Assembly (NCBI GenBank): GCA_010909165.1
Contig: VJWM01000108.1
Coordinates: 434,001-498,000 of the forward strand
Source: Anthoceros angustus
Taxonomy: Eukaryota; Plantae; Anthocerotophyta
Direction of reading: 5' to 3'
Length of the DNA stretch: 64,000 nucleotides
Part shown: positions 1 to 11,640 of the stretch, piece after piece
Layout: every line of letters starts with the position of its first letter
How positions within the stretch are numbered: the stretch's first letter is position 1
The notes under the pieces: model-generated
Databases searched by the model: none
The model's input: the letters and a program-made list of their open reading frames with translations, nothing else
Told to the model about the DNA's origin: nothing
Position numbers and translations under genes: made by a program

Positions 1-172
1 CCATAGGTAGGATCCGGTGCCGTCAAGGCATGGATCAAGTACCTCCATGTCCCCCACAGCCCACAACAACATAAACTTTCGGAGACAATCTTCTCTCCAG
101 GAGGAGAATCCGGGCACATGGTTATCTTGATAAGCATCCTCAATCTAATGCACCATTGGGAAGTTAGACTTC

Positions 173-3100
173 TTAGGCGGTGCTTACCGCTCCCCGGCCT
201 GTTGTCCTCCTCCGGTCTTGTTGCCCCTTCCTTGTTGTAGCTGGTCTTGGAGCTGTTGCTCCCTTAGCAGTGGTCTGAGTTGTGTTCCTTAGCGGCGGCG
301 GTTGCTTGCTTAGCAACCTCCTCGTGTGCCAACTCGACCTTGATTCTTCCATGGAGGCTCCGCATCTTCCACGGTGGCTCTCCTTGCAATCCACAGCCCT
401 CTTGGCCTCTTTCCAACCTTTCCTTGCCTCGTCCCTCTCCTTCTTGTGGCGCCCAGGCATCCAGATTTCGGCTGAACTTGCATCGAGATGACATTGCAGC
501 TCCCCTATGGTGCTTTGTGCGTCCGAGAGCTGAACCATGAGGGTTTCCTGATCCTTGGTCTTCCGCTGCAACTCTTCTCGGACCTTCCTTAATTCCGCTT
601 CCATGCTACCTAGGCGTCCCTCCAAGACCTCCTTCTCCTGCTTCATTCCCTGGAGCTCCTTTAGCTGCTCCCCCTGTTGCTTCCCCTGCTGCGCCTGTAA
701 ACCTAACAAAGAGAGGACCAGAGCTATCTGGTCCTCCATCTCACCCCTAGTGCGTGCCATAGCTGAGACCAGCTCTTGCAGGGTGATGTTAGGCCCCAAA
801 CCTTACCGGGGATGGGTTCCCTCCTTCCTATCTGGCGCCGGCTCTCCCTGCGACCACTTGGGGTATACTTGAGGTCACCCCTTGAGCAGTAGTGACTTTC
901 TCGGGGTCGGCTCGGCCGTGCCCAAGGTTGGTGATTCCTCCTGTTGACTGTGGCTTCCCGGCCACGGGCTCTGCTGAGCCCAGTGCTTTCGGCCTTTCCT
1001 TTATCCTTACATCCGGGTGAGTTCCCGGTCGTGCTCTTGTGGCTCTAGGAGTGGTTGGAGTCCCCTGTTGCTCGGCCCGACCTCTCTTGGTGCTGTTGGG
1101 GTCTTAGCAACTCCGGTTGCTTTGTTAACCGCGTGATGCCTTAGCAAGCGCCACATTCCTCTTCATGGACACTTGGACTTCTCATCTTCACTCCCGGTGC
1201 CAGGAGATGGCCTCTTCCTCGACTCCTCTTTGGGCTTCCTTCTTTCAAACACGGCCTCCGGGCATGGAAGGTGAGACCATCTCTATCCCTCCAAAGAACT
1301 TGGCATGGTCAAAATGTGGATTAAGAAGGAGATAGAGCTGAGGGGGGGTGAGTAGGGTCAAGTGGTCCCTCTCCACGCATGTGTCATAGAACATCCTAGC
1401 CCAATCTATCTTGGACCCTCTCACCACCTCATAGAGAAAGACAAGAAAATGGTGACAATGTGCTCTAGCTTCTTAGTGAGCGAGAGCAGGATCCACTGGC
1501 TAATCCGGCCAGCTCGGGGTCTAACTTGTTGGTGACCCAGCCATTCTCCACCCTAGACAATGTGGGAGCAATGGCGCTTGCCTCCTAGACTTTTGGGAGA
1601 TGGCTACAAAGGATCAATGATTATTCCACATTCCTCTTGAGGCCTCTCAGACACTGGAACAAGCGAATATTCCAGTGCGGGGTTGGTTCTCGTGTTGCCT
1701 TCCCTGGCCTTCTCCCTCATGTGTCCTGCATTCCGAACCAATTACAGGCTCTTGTAGCACCACTTTTTGTCCATGAAGGACAAGTGATGCTTAGCCACCA
1801 AAGAACCCGCTTTCACTCTCCGATTGCCCCATGTTGGGCCATTGATGTAATGGCCTCAATGGCCAGTGTTCTTCTTAGGTCCCATGCTCCTTGTCCCTGT
1901 GACCTAGAGTTCTGGAAAGTGTCCGGCTACCGCCATTGCGATTTCCCACAAGCCTACATCTGTGTCGCCTTTTGGTCGACTCCTCACTCGAAATTCCTTC
2001 TTAACCACAGCTTGTTGAAGGATCCCCTAGGGATGCTGCTTCTCCTCGTACCCATCTCCACGGGGAGTGCCACCGATTTTTCTCTGGAATCCACCAACCT
2101 CCTCCTACATCACAATTTGTCTGGCCTTGCCCCTTTCGGTATCTCCGTGTCTCCACGACGGAAAGCGTCGACCTACGGACACCGTCCACCACATTCCTCT
2201 TGCCTCTCATAGATGCTGGAACAAGAATATTCCAGTGCGGGGTTGGTTCTCGTGTTGCCTTCCCTGGCCTTCTCCCTCATGTCCCCTGACATTCCAACCA
2301 ATGCTCATTGTAGCACCACTTTTTGTCCATGAAAGTGATGCTTAGCCACCAAGGAACCGCCACTCTCCGATTGCCCCATGTTGGGCCATGGTAATGGCCT
2401 CAATGGCCACCGTTCTTCTTAGGTCCCATGCTCCTTGTCGTGACGCGAGCCTAGAGTTCTGGAAAGTGTCCGGCACACCGCCATGCAGCTTCCCACAAGC
2501 CTTACCTCGCCTTTCGGTCGACTCCTCACTCGAAATTCCTTCCAACCTGCCGCTTGATCAAGGATCCCCTAGAAGCCGCCTCCTCGTACCCATCTCCACG
2601 GTGGAGTGCCACGATTTTTCCAGAATCCACCAACCTCCCTCCTACATCACATGCCTCGCCTTGCCCCTGCCCCCGATCTCCGTGTCTCCACGACGGAAAG
2701 CGTGACTCCCACACGACTCACTGACACCACCTCGAATTGGAACCCTACTCCAATTCCACCTCATCAACATGCCGCTGCTCCGCTCAAGCCAATTCGCCTT
2801 CCGGCCTCAAATATGTGAGGTGCGGGAAAAATCCAGCAAGTGGTTGAGCGGTGACCCCCCACAGTGCGCCCGTCTGCCCTTAATCCAGCTCCAGTGCGTG
2901 CCTCGCACCCTACCGTTACGCTCCCTCTTCCTTCTGCTTCCTCGGCCCCTCGCCGCACCTCTTCTCGATTCTTCTGATGCACCGCGCCCGCCGCCCGGCC
3001 TTCTCCGGGCTCGGCCCGATTATTCCCCACCCCTGTTGAGTTCTGATTGCGCACTTTGCTCCTGCTTCCAGCCCGCGCCCTGGGCGCTCCTCACATCTTC

Positions 3101-3400
3101 GTTCGCGCCTCGGCTCCTCCTCGCCGTCTGATCTCGCGCTCGGCCGCCTCCGCCTTCGATCACGCATCCCCCGGACTGCCATTCCACCCGATTCGGCCTC
3201 TGCGTGCTCGTGCCGCCTCGTGACTCATTGCGGCCGCCGTTTCCTCCCTCGTCCACGGTCACGCTCGAGCTTGAGGTGTGCGCCCGATCACTTCTGCCTA
3301 TTCCTTGTCCCTTCCGACTGGAAATCGTAATAGGACCCCGTTACTTCCGTTGGGTATTTCCAATGATTTCGCTCAATTAGGTTTTCCATTTATCGGAAAA
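173..3400 (-). pseudogene. Extra post-pol ORF of the Athila-like element (env-like/ORF3 position) with C-terminal coiled coil, frameshifted
   Basis: It sits between the integrase and the expected 3' LTR. Pieces include LEHI..IFLSFYEVVRGSKIDWARMFYD..LYLLLNPHF (1245-1427) and a heptad-rich coiled coil (173-799). The same pieces recur in the second copy (13021-13284, 12100-12560). Confidence 0.55.
1625..2710. repeat. Tandem duplication, period ~563 bp, inside the extra ORF
   Basis: The block cattcctctt..ggaacaag..ccagtgcggggttggttctcgtgttgcc starts at ~1629 and again at ~2192. The paralogous element has only one copy (13400-13960). Confidence 0.85.
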
Positions 3401-3639
3401 TAACTCCGACTTGGTTGCTACCATAGCAGGCTCCGTCGGTTCTTTGTCATAGCAGTCCATGCTGCCCTAGTCAGCGTTAGCAACGGCGGCAACCCTCAGG
3501 TTACATCCGGGATCGGGACTAGACTCTCTTCCTCCTACTAGGCTCTAGTAGACTTTTCTTATTCCTAACCTACTTCACATTCCAACTCCACACGATTCTC
3601 ACAACTTAAACACAAAACAAAAAAACACTCCTTTCAGGG

Positions 3640-6600
3640 GTGCAGTACCCATGTGGTCACCACATACTCCCTTCTCATTTGTTGGCGTCCCGCCAACTTA
3701 TTGGTAATACTTCTTCACGCCAACCATTGACCACGGTTGTAGCGATCCATCAAGTTCTTTGCGGTATGGATCCATTGTCGAACAGCACCACAGCAGGGAC
3801 CCATCCATCTAAGATGCTTCGAAGTGCATGTACTGTATCATACGCCAAGAGTCCCGGAACAACGTACTCTTGTTTTTGCGACTTAGGTCATGCCATTCCT
3901 TCCTCTTCTCTTGGGCGTTACGTGGGACAAGGCTTGTTCCTACTCTCCATGTCTGAACAAAGCCTATGAGCCTCTCCAATGGCTCTCCTCCACCGTCATC
4001 CTCTTATGCTCTTGGACTCTCAACGTTGGCACTTCAAACTCAATGGGCATGGTGGTGAATGCCCATAGGTGAGGTAGTAGGGAGTCTGTGTGGTCACCTG
4101 TCCTATCGCCCCTGGCGAGTGAAGCTTCGGTCCCAATCGTAAGTGTAAGTGATGGTTAACTTGTTGAGGATCTGCAAAGCAACCCATTAGCTTTCTCCGT
4201 GAGTCCATTCGCCTTGGGGTTGTAGGGGTGGTCTTCCGTGGCTGATGTTGAAATACTTCACCATGTGTGAGATCACCTCGTTGATGAAATGGGTACCCAC
4301 GCTAACCAACTCCAGCGGGCTACCTTGTGATGATATGCTCAAACAAGAACACAGCCACCACATTTCTGTGTCCACGGCAAGGCTTGAGCTTCCACCATCT
4401 GCAGTGAGTCCGTTGCTACGAATATATTGGTTGGCTCCCTTGGTCTTGGGTTGAATCGTGAGTCAATCCCCACTTCTCAAAGGCGCCAAGGCTAGGATAG
4501 GGACCAATGGCCCTTTGTGGTCTGGTTGGCTTCAACCCTTTGACATGCATCTGGCAGCAGTGAACTCCCTAGCATCATGCAAGGTTGGCCACCAATACCG
4601 CCTAAGATCTTCTTACAGTCACGTTGGTAGCGTAGTGACCTCCGGCCTCCTCCTCATGCAAGGCGAGAACCCGGTCCTTTTGACCATCCTTGACCCACAA
4701 CCTCTCAACTCCATCGGCCCTACCTGCAGCTTGTCCCCGCTTAACAACAGTGCGGAAGTATAGAACAACCTCTTCTTTGTTGTGTAGTCATTGTATCGAC
4801 TGTTGCTAAAAGCGAAAGACCTCCTCATAGGGCTGCAAACTTCTCCCTCCCTTCTCATTTGGTCTGTACCTCCGTTTCATCAACTTGGCATTGGGCCTAG
4901 CACTCTCCTCATCCTCCTCCAGAAAGCTTCATCCGGAAAATGATCTTCTTGATCATGCTCCACCTTCTCCGTCTTCAAGCGAGACAAGTAGTCGGCGTTC
5001 ACATGCTTCCTCCCTCACGTGTCTCCACCGTGAAGGTGAACTCTTACAGAAGATCCAAGCGAGCTATGCGACCGAAGATCCGCCTTGTTGACAAGATGCT
5101 TGAGAGCAAAATGGTCAACATGAACACAAACTCATAGGAGAGGAGATAATGACGAAACTTTCTTCGAATACACCATCCCAAGGGCTTCCCTTTCGATTGT
5201 TGTGTACTTGCGCTCCGCATCGGTGAGTTGCCGTCGCGTAGTAGATTGGGTAGTCCCTCTTCTTGTCATCCGGCTCAAGAAGGCGTACCAATGGCGGCGG
5301 AAACATCACGTAAAATGGAACTTCTTGCTCCAATCCGGTCCCTTGAGGGTTGGGGCATTACCAACGTGGTCCTCAAATCTTGAAATCTGCCTCCCTCTCA
5401 TTTGTCCGGTCCACTCTTGGTCCTTCCTCAACAAGCTGGTCGGTGAGCAGCCCTCCTAGCAAAGTTAGGCACAAAGCGTCGAGTAGCCCACCATGCCAAG
5501 GAACCCCGGAGTTCCTTGAGAGTTGTTGAGCTTCGGGCAACAATCATCTTCACCTTATGCGGATCAACGATGCCCGTCAAATTACGTGCCCCCAAAATCC
5601 CTCCGCATGCCAAAGTAGCATTTCTCGGGATGTAGGCAAAGTTGAGTTTCACGACACCTCGCCACTGCCGCAAGTGATCCGGTGCTCCTCCACACTCCCA
5701 AACACACAAAAATCATCTAGGAATACCTCCATGAACTTGTGGAGATACTCCTTGAAGATCTCAACCATGCTCGCATGAAGGAACCGGCTCCGTCAATCCG
5801 AGCACTCCTCTTGTGCGAAGGTCCCAATCCGTTGTGAAGGCTGTTAGAGGCCGGTCTCTCCCTCAAGTGCGGTGATTGTACCCAGTGCGTCAGAGCAGTA
5901 CACATCTTCCGACCACCAAATCCGGGATGTTGTCGATGAATGGGGAATGGTCCTTCTTGGTTGCTTTGTTGAGCTTCCTCCGGTCTTGGCATACTCGAAT
6001 CTTTCCGGCGCTTCTTGAACCACATCAGCCACCCACTCCGTGTTGTGATTGGATAGATGGCGTCGCCTTCAAGTACAATTCAAGCTGCTCCTTCACCTTG
6101 ATGAGTACTTTGGGTTCGACTTGTATTGGGAATTCAGTCGCTCCGGCTCCAAATCGATCCTATGCTCCCCACTTCTTGGGAATCCCTTCATATCATCACC
6201 TCGAGGCAAACTCGATGAACTCGAATGTTTCATTCCTTCTTCCACTGGTTCCGGTGTCGTGCAAACTTCAGCACCTTCGGGCAATACCTCCACATCCTTA
6301 ATCTCTCGCTTGTACCCATTCTCGCTCCACGGGTCTGAACTCTCACCAAACCCTTCCTCCGGTTCACGAGGTCCTCTTCCCTCATCCCCACTCCCTAAAT
6401 AGGTCCTCGAGGTGAATCGAATGATCCTCGGCTCACCCTCTCGACTGTTCTGGCCCTCTCGATCCTTCCTTAGCAACTGTTTAGAATCGTGTTGCTTCCT
6501 TAACCTTTTGTCTGATGCTTTGCGCCTCGTTACTGTTCTCGTCTCCTCCTGATGCGGTCCTCCATGAACCCAAAGCGGTCCACCAAATTGAGGGAGTAAG

Positions 6601-7273
6601 GGATATCCCTCCTATACTCTTCCTCCTCATCGACCATGCGATATGTGCAAAAGGAAATTTGTCCAGTTCCTCCTTCTTCCTCCAGTCGGATGTTTCTCGA
6701 TGTGTATCCTTCCGTTCTTTGTAGGAGTCTCCCCCAGTGGTATCCTGCTCCAACTCAAACAAATTCGGCCTTCCTTCGTCTTGGGGTCCCAATCCATTGG
6801 CTTAAAAGCCACTTCCTTCCTCCCCAAGTCATCTTGCATCTTGAGCCATACTGAGTCCTTCCCAATAGGAGTCGTACCACAGGCGCCTTGTCTTGGATAA
6901 CCACATAGTCCATGAGATAGGGAATGGTCCCTATGATGGTGGTTACTCCTTGATTCTCCCACAGTGCATTTTTGACATGTCGGTAATCTCGGCCTGTTGT
7001 GGTATGCTCAATGTCCAACCCAAGCTTCCTTGCTATTGCTTCCGTCATGATGTTCACCGGATCCGTATCCGGGGAACCCGCTTGATGATGACGGCGATCT
7101 CCACTTGCGGCTCCGGCCGGGTCTATCATGGACACTAGGTTGTAGTCGGCACCCTTGGTCTGGCTTGGGCAATCGCCTCTTCCTCTTGGGTTGCGCTCTT
7201 GCAAGGCCCTCGAACTTGTTGCTACTTGGTTGTCCTTCAATAGTTGACCAAGCGTAATAGCAAACTGATCCAT
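3640..7273 (-). pseudogene. Gypsy pol (aspartic protease, RT, RNase H, integrase), multiply frameshifted
   Basis: Protease MID..VNIMTEAIARKLGL at ~7140-6900. RT EHRIDLEP..RKLNKATKKDH..VFLDDF at ~6300-5400. RNase H RDYPIYYA at ~5250. Integrase His/Cys zinc-binding and PLTAARCMSKG/QTKGAN-type segments at ~4650-4000. Confidence 0.85.
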
Positions 7274-8010
7274 GATGGCTTGGCAAGGTTAAATGGTCCT
7301 CGATCGGTCCCTCCTTCTTCCCAGCGATCGCGGTTGCTCCCTTAGCAACAACGTCGGCGGTTGCTTATAACGGCCGCCTTAGCAGCGGTTGCTAACCCGA
7401 GGACTTCTGCGGTCTCGGGATCACAGCTCGGCGTTTTGTTGTCTTGGTCAATTCCTCCTCTATCATCTCCATGACTTCGGCGCGTCCGGTGGAAACTCGG
7501 GTTCCTCTCCCTTTCTTGGAACTTCTTTTCTCCATGGCCCCAGGCGATTCACTCCTTGATTCTTCCTTCTCGGGTTCTCCTTCTCAAGTGTCTCCTCTAG
7601 ATCCGTTCCCTCCGGGCTTGGAGTGCTCTCTTGACTTGGTGATTGCACCTCCGTCTCTTTCTTCTTCATGACTTCCTCCTAGCTTTTCATTCCTAGTCTA
7701 GCCTGACCATGGCAGACCTCTCCGTAGTAGTCTCCTCCACACCCCCAGTCCATCTAGCTCCCGCAACACCATGGCTTCCGCATCCTCCCCAAAAGCGACC
7801 ATAAGGGCATCCTCCACGTGCATGGCGCCAGCTCCTTGGGATGCGCTTGCGAACCCCATCACGGTGGTTGAGCAATTGAGCAGATCTTCCTCGGTTTGGG
7901 CAAGTGACACTCCCGCTACATGACCACTGTTGTTTGCGTCTTGGCACGGTTCGTAGTCACCATTGGCTGTCTTGTTCGATGAACAGCTATTTGCATAATG
8001 ACCAAAGCCC

Positions 8011-9200
8011 CTACGATTTGTAACGAACCGTTGCTTGGTTAGCAACCACAGGCACTTGGTTATTCTGAATGCCGGCCCCATGGAATTTCGCAGCATCGAT
8101 GGATGGGCGGTCTTGGGAATCTTGTCCAGGAAACCTCCACGGATCGGTAGGTATCCTCCAGCGATCCTCTTCCTCCTCCTCGTAGGCGAGCATGTGCACC
8201 TTGGCCACATGACAGTTGGACTTGGTGTGGCCTGGCTGGCCACAAGTGGAACAAAACAGGTTAGCCCGAGCACTGGATGCAGCTCTCCTCTTCTCATGCT
8301 CCTTCACAGCGTTGAGGTGAAACTTCTCGAATTTGCTCATCATTTCCTCCATCTTCATTTCTTGCTGTTGCACCTTCTTCGCTGCAGCTTCAGCCTCCCT
8401 CTTGACTTGTTCCACTTCCTTCTTAGCACTAGCGACCTCTTGTTTAGCCCTGGCCAGCTCCCTTGATCCTCGAGCCTCTGGTTTCTTCTTACCGATGCCA
8501 ACCTTCTTCTTCTTCCTGCGTCTCTCGTCTTCCGAGGATTCTTCCTCCGTCTTGCCATCCTCAGGAAGAGTCCTCCAGTCTGAGTCTTGAGAGGTCACTC
8601 TCCTCAGTTTCCTCCTCGAAGATCCCTTGTCCTTCTTCCCTCGCTTGGACTTCTTCTTCTTGCTCTTTTCCTTCTTGTGCTTCTTCTTGTCCAAGGAGTT
8701 GGATTCTTCGTAGTTGAGTGCCGCCTTGATGGCCTTGTCTCGTCTTTCTCCGCTTTGCCTCACATGTCGGCCCATCTCGGGATCTAACCCCTTAGCAAAC
8801 CACCGAATGGCACGTAAATCGAGTGAGGACCACTACGATCACGCAAGTTAAGAAACCTCTCAACATAAGCTTGCAAGTCTCCTTCCTTCTTCTCCTCAAA
8901 AACTCCAACTTTGACAACACGTAGCCTTCTACATCTATTCCCTGAACCTCTCACAAAAGGCTTTCTTGATTCGTTGAAGGTTCTTTGTTGATGCCACTAC
9001 TCCCTCTTGTACCACTTGGCTGGCCCTCCGAAGAACTCCGTAGAAGAGAGTGAATCTTGCAGATCCCAGTTCACGATTTGCAATGGTTAGTTGCTCAAAG
9101 CGTTCAACAAACTCGTGGATCTTCATACCCTTCTTCTCTCCATACGTGGGTATGGTGCAGTAGTTATTGCAAAAGGAACTGTCGCCATGATGGCGTCACT
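8011..9200 (-). pseudogene. Gypsy gag with CCHC zinc knuckle
   Basis: ORF 8011-8775 contains CSTCGQPGHTKSNC (CX2CX4HX4C) after a Lys/Glu-rich tract. The upstream piece KIHEFVERFEQL (8935-9126) is gag-like. Confidence 0.8.
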
Positions 9201-9548
9201 ATCCCGACAACGCGATTGTTGGTCTAGCAAGGATCTCTGTTAGCATACGTCAAAAGTTGAGTTCACGGCCGGTGCAAGTTCAAAGAGGTCGAGACAAGGA
9301 TGGCTGTCCAGTCCTAAACTGTTGCTTGCTTCTTGGCTCCTCCCGGAGTGCGTTGCTGTGCTCTCCTCGCTCTCGATGCAGCCCGCCCGCCTCGCTCCAC
9401 GGCAGCGTTGTCTTCTTCTTTGAGTCTTCTCTTCACGGTGGGTCGGAACTTTCGGACTCAATGGGTAGCATCCATGTATCACACTCAAGACTCCCAATAC
9501 ACTACTAGACAAGGTTAGTCTACTCTAAGGTCTTGACAACAATGACAC

Positions 9549-9563
9549 TCCCGGCAGGCGCCA
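9549..9563 (-). promoter_or_regulatory. Primer-binding site, tRNA-Asp type (Athila-like)
   Basis: The minus strand reads TGGCGCCTGCCGGGA a few bases after the LTR end ..CCACA. This matches the complement of the plant tRNA-Asp 3' end (TGGCGCCGTTGCCGGGGA) with a 2-nt gap. Confidence 0.75.
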
Positions 9564-9566
9564 AAA

Positions 9567-11640
9567 TGTGGAGTGATTTTCTAAACCAAGTGGTCACAAA
9601 GAGGCCACATTTACCCTCTTTATCGTTGTAGACTTGAGATTCGTACCCAAGGGAGTGATTTCGTGTCAAGACAACCAAAACATAGCCAATCCAACCAAAA
9701 CACGGACATACAAACATCTAGCGATTCTGAGACGGCTACTATCCTAACAACACTCGGACACTGTGGCTATCTTAGCCACGCCGATTGCTACCTTGCAGCG
9801 GGCCCGGTTGCTATCTTAGCAACCCCTCTATTCTAGCAGAGGGTCCACCTTGGGATCAGTCGGCTATTAATAGAAGGTGTGGATCCAAGTGGATAAGGTG
9901 ACACCCTCTCTCTCTCTCTTATTCATCCACAAAGTTAGATCCACCAATCGTTCGCTCCATAATCCCCTCACTCTTGCCATCAGACTTCCTTGCCTCTCCA
10001 ACCTTTCAGCTCACCTTCCAGCTCTCAGACCCAGCTCTCACAGCCTTGGGGTACTCTCCCATCCACTCTCCAAGTTTCCCCAGCTCTCTTCAACTCCCTT
10101 GTTCTCACACCTCACGGCCCATTCAATCTCACTTCTCAAACCTCGCCCTCTCCAAAGGTTCTCATCCAGATCCCAGCTTCACCAACTCTCAAAATACTTG
10201 TTCACTGTCCCCAATCATTCCATCTCATCCACTCAGGATCTTCAACCTCCACTCACATCTCTTCTTCGCCACAAACATCACTTACAGACTTCTCCTCTTC
10301 CCTCTCAAACCAATCAGCAACTCCCCATGTCCACATTTCCACTTCTCTCCAGTTCTCTTGTCCTCTCATTTTCCAAACACCAAACTCAACACACAAAACT
10401 CAACACAAGGTGAGTACTAGACAAGCTGAAGAATGAGGGAATGGACAGCTCCCGGCTTCACAACCCCTTCCTCTTGACCTTGAACTCCCCAAGGAGACCT
10501 CAGGCTCCCTCCTTGCTTTCCACCACTCTTGCGGATCGGCCACGATCTGGGCAACAGTAGTCTTCTTGCTCCCACAGCAGGGAGGTGTAGACTTACAGCC
10601 TTTGGATCGTACTCCCAAACCCCGTGCTCAGCCCAAACACCAAGACTTAGGCCAACATTGCTTACATTTCATCAAGAGGGCTGCCTCTTATACCCAAGAT
10701 CACAAAGCGCTTGGGCTTGCCAAAAATACCAATCGGGATTCGCCATAACTCCCCCTCACTCTTGCAGCACTTCTTGAGACTTCCTTGCCTCTCCCGGCCT
10801 TTCTCACCTTCCAAGCTCCTCAGACCCTTAGGCTCTCACAGCCCTTGAGGTGCCTCTCGCCTCCACACTCTCCAAGTTTTCCCCAGCTCTCTTCAACTCC
10901 TTGTTCTCACACCTCACGCCCATTCAATCTCCACTTCTCACTCCTCTCCAGTCCTTACAAGGTTCTCATCCGGACCTTCAACTTCACCAACTCTCAAAAT
11001 ACTTGTTCCATCCAATCATTCCATCTCATCCACTCGATCTTCAACCTCCACTCCCCTCTCTTGCAACACAAACATCAGACTTCTCCAGTCCTTCTTACCC
11101 CCTCAAACAGCCAACTCCCCATCCATTTTCCACTTCTCTCGTTCCTTGTCCTCTCATTTTCCAAACATGACCTCAACACACGAAACTCAAACACAAGGTG
11201 AGTACTAGACTAGCTGAAGGGAATGAGGAGAGGGCCTCCGGCTTCACAACCCCTTCCTCTTGACCTTGGAACTCCTCCAAGGAGACCTCAAGGCTCCTCC
11301 CTTGCTTTCCACCACTCTTGCGGATCGGCCACGGATCTAGGCAACAGTGGTCTTCTTGGCTTCCTGTGACAAAGAGGCGTGTCTAGACTTACGACCTTTG
11401 GATCTGGTACCCCAAACCCCGTGCTCAGCCCCAAACACCAAGACTTAGGCCAACATTGCTTACATTTCATCAAGAGGGCTCTTATACCCAAGATCATTAC
11501 AAAGCGCTTGTACTGTCGGTCTTAGCCTACCAATCCTAGAGGCCTATCTATCAATTCTATCCACTATGAGAGAGGATAAGATTTACGATCTATAACACAT
11601 GGGCCTTTAGCTATTTCGGCCACTTACCCCTATTACCTCT
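9567..11640 (-). repeat. LTR of the Athila-like element (right boundary approximate)
   Basis: It starts with TGTGG at 9567, adjacent to the PBS. It is non-coding and CT-rich, ends near ..ctctcaca at ~11644, and is followed by the 3' internal region of a second copy. Confidence 0.6.
9955..11510. repeat. Tandem duplication, period ~788 bp, inside the LTR
   Basis: acaaggtgagtactagac occurs at ~10405 and ~11193, and cccaagatca..caaagcgcttg closes both copies. The copies differ by many small indels. Confidence 0.85.

Larger units (their letters stand above)
1..9566 (-). mobile_element. Ty3/Gypsy LTR retrotransposon, non-chromovirus Athila-like, internal region (runs off the left edge)
   Basis: The minus strand reads gag, protease, RT, RNase H, integrase, then an extra ORF. 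The RT has the VFLDDF-type motif, and a tRNA-Asp-type PBS lies next to a TG..CA LTR end at 9567. Confidence 0.9.

Noticed and set aside
3640-7273. Programmed ribosomal frameshifting in Gypsy or CACTA ORFs
   Set aside because: Frameshifts are numerous, irregular and differ between duplicate copies. This fits decay or consensus error rather than recoding.
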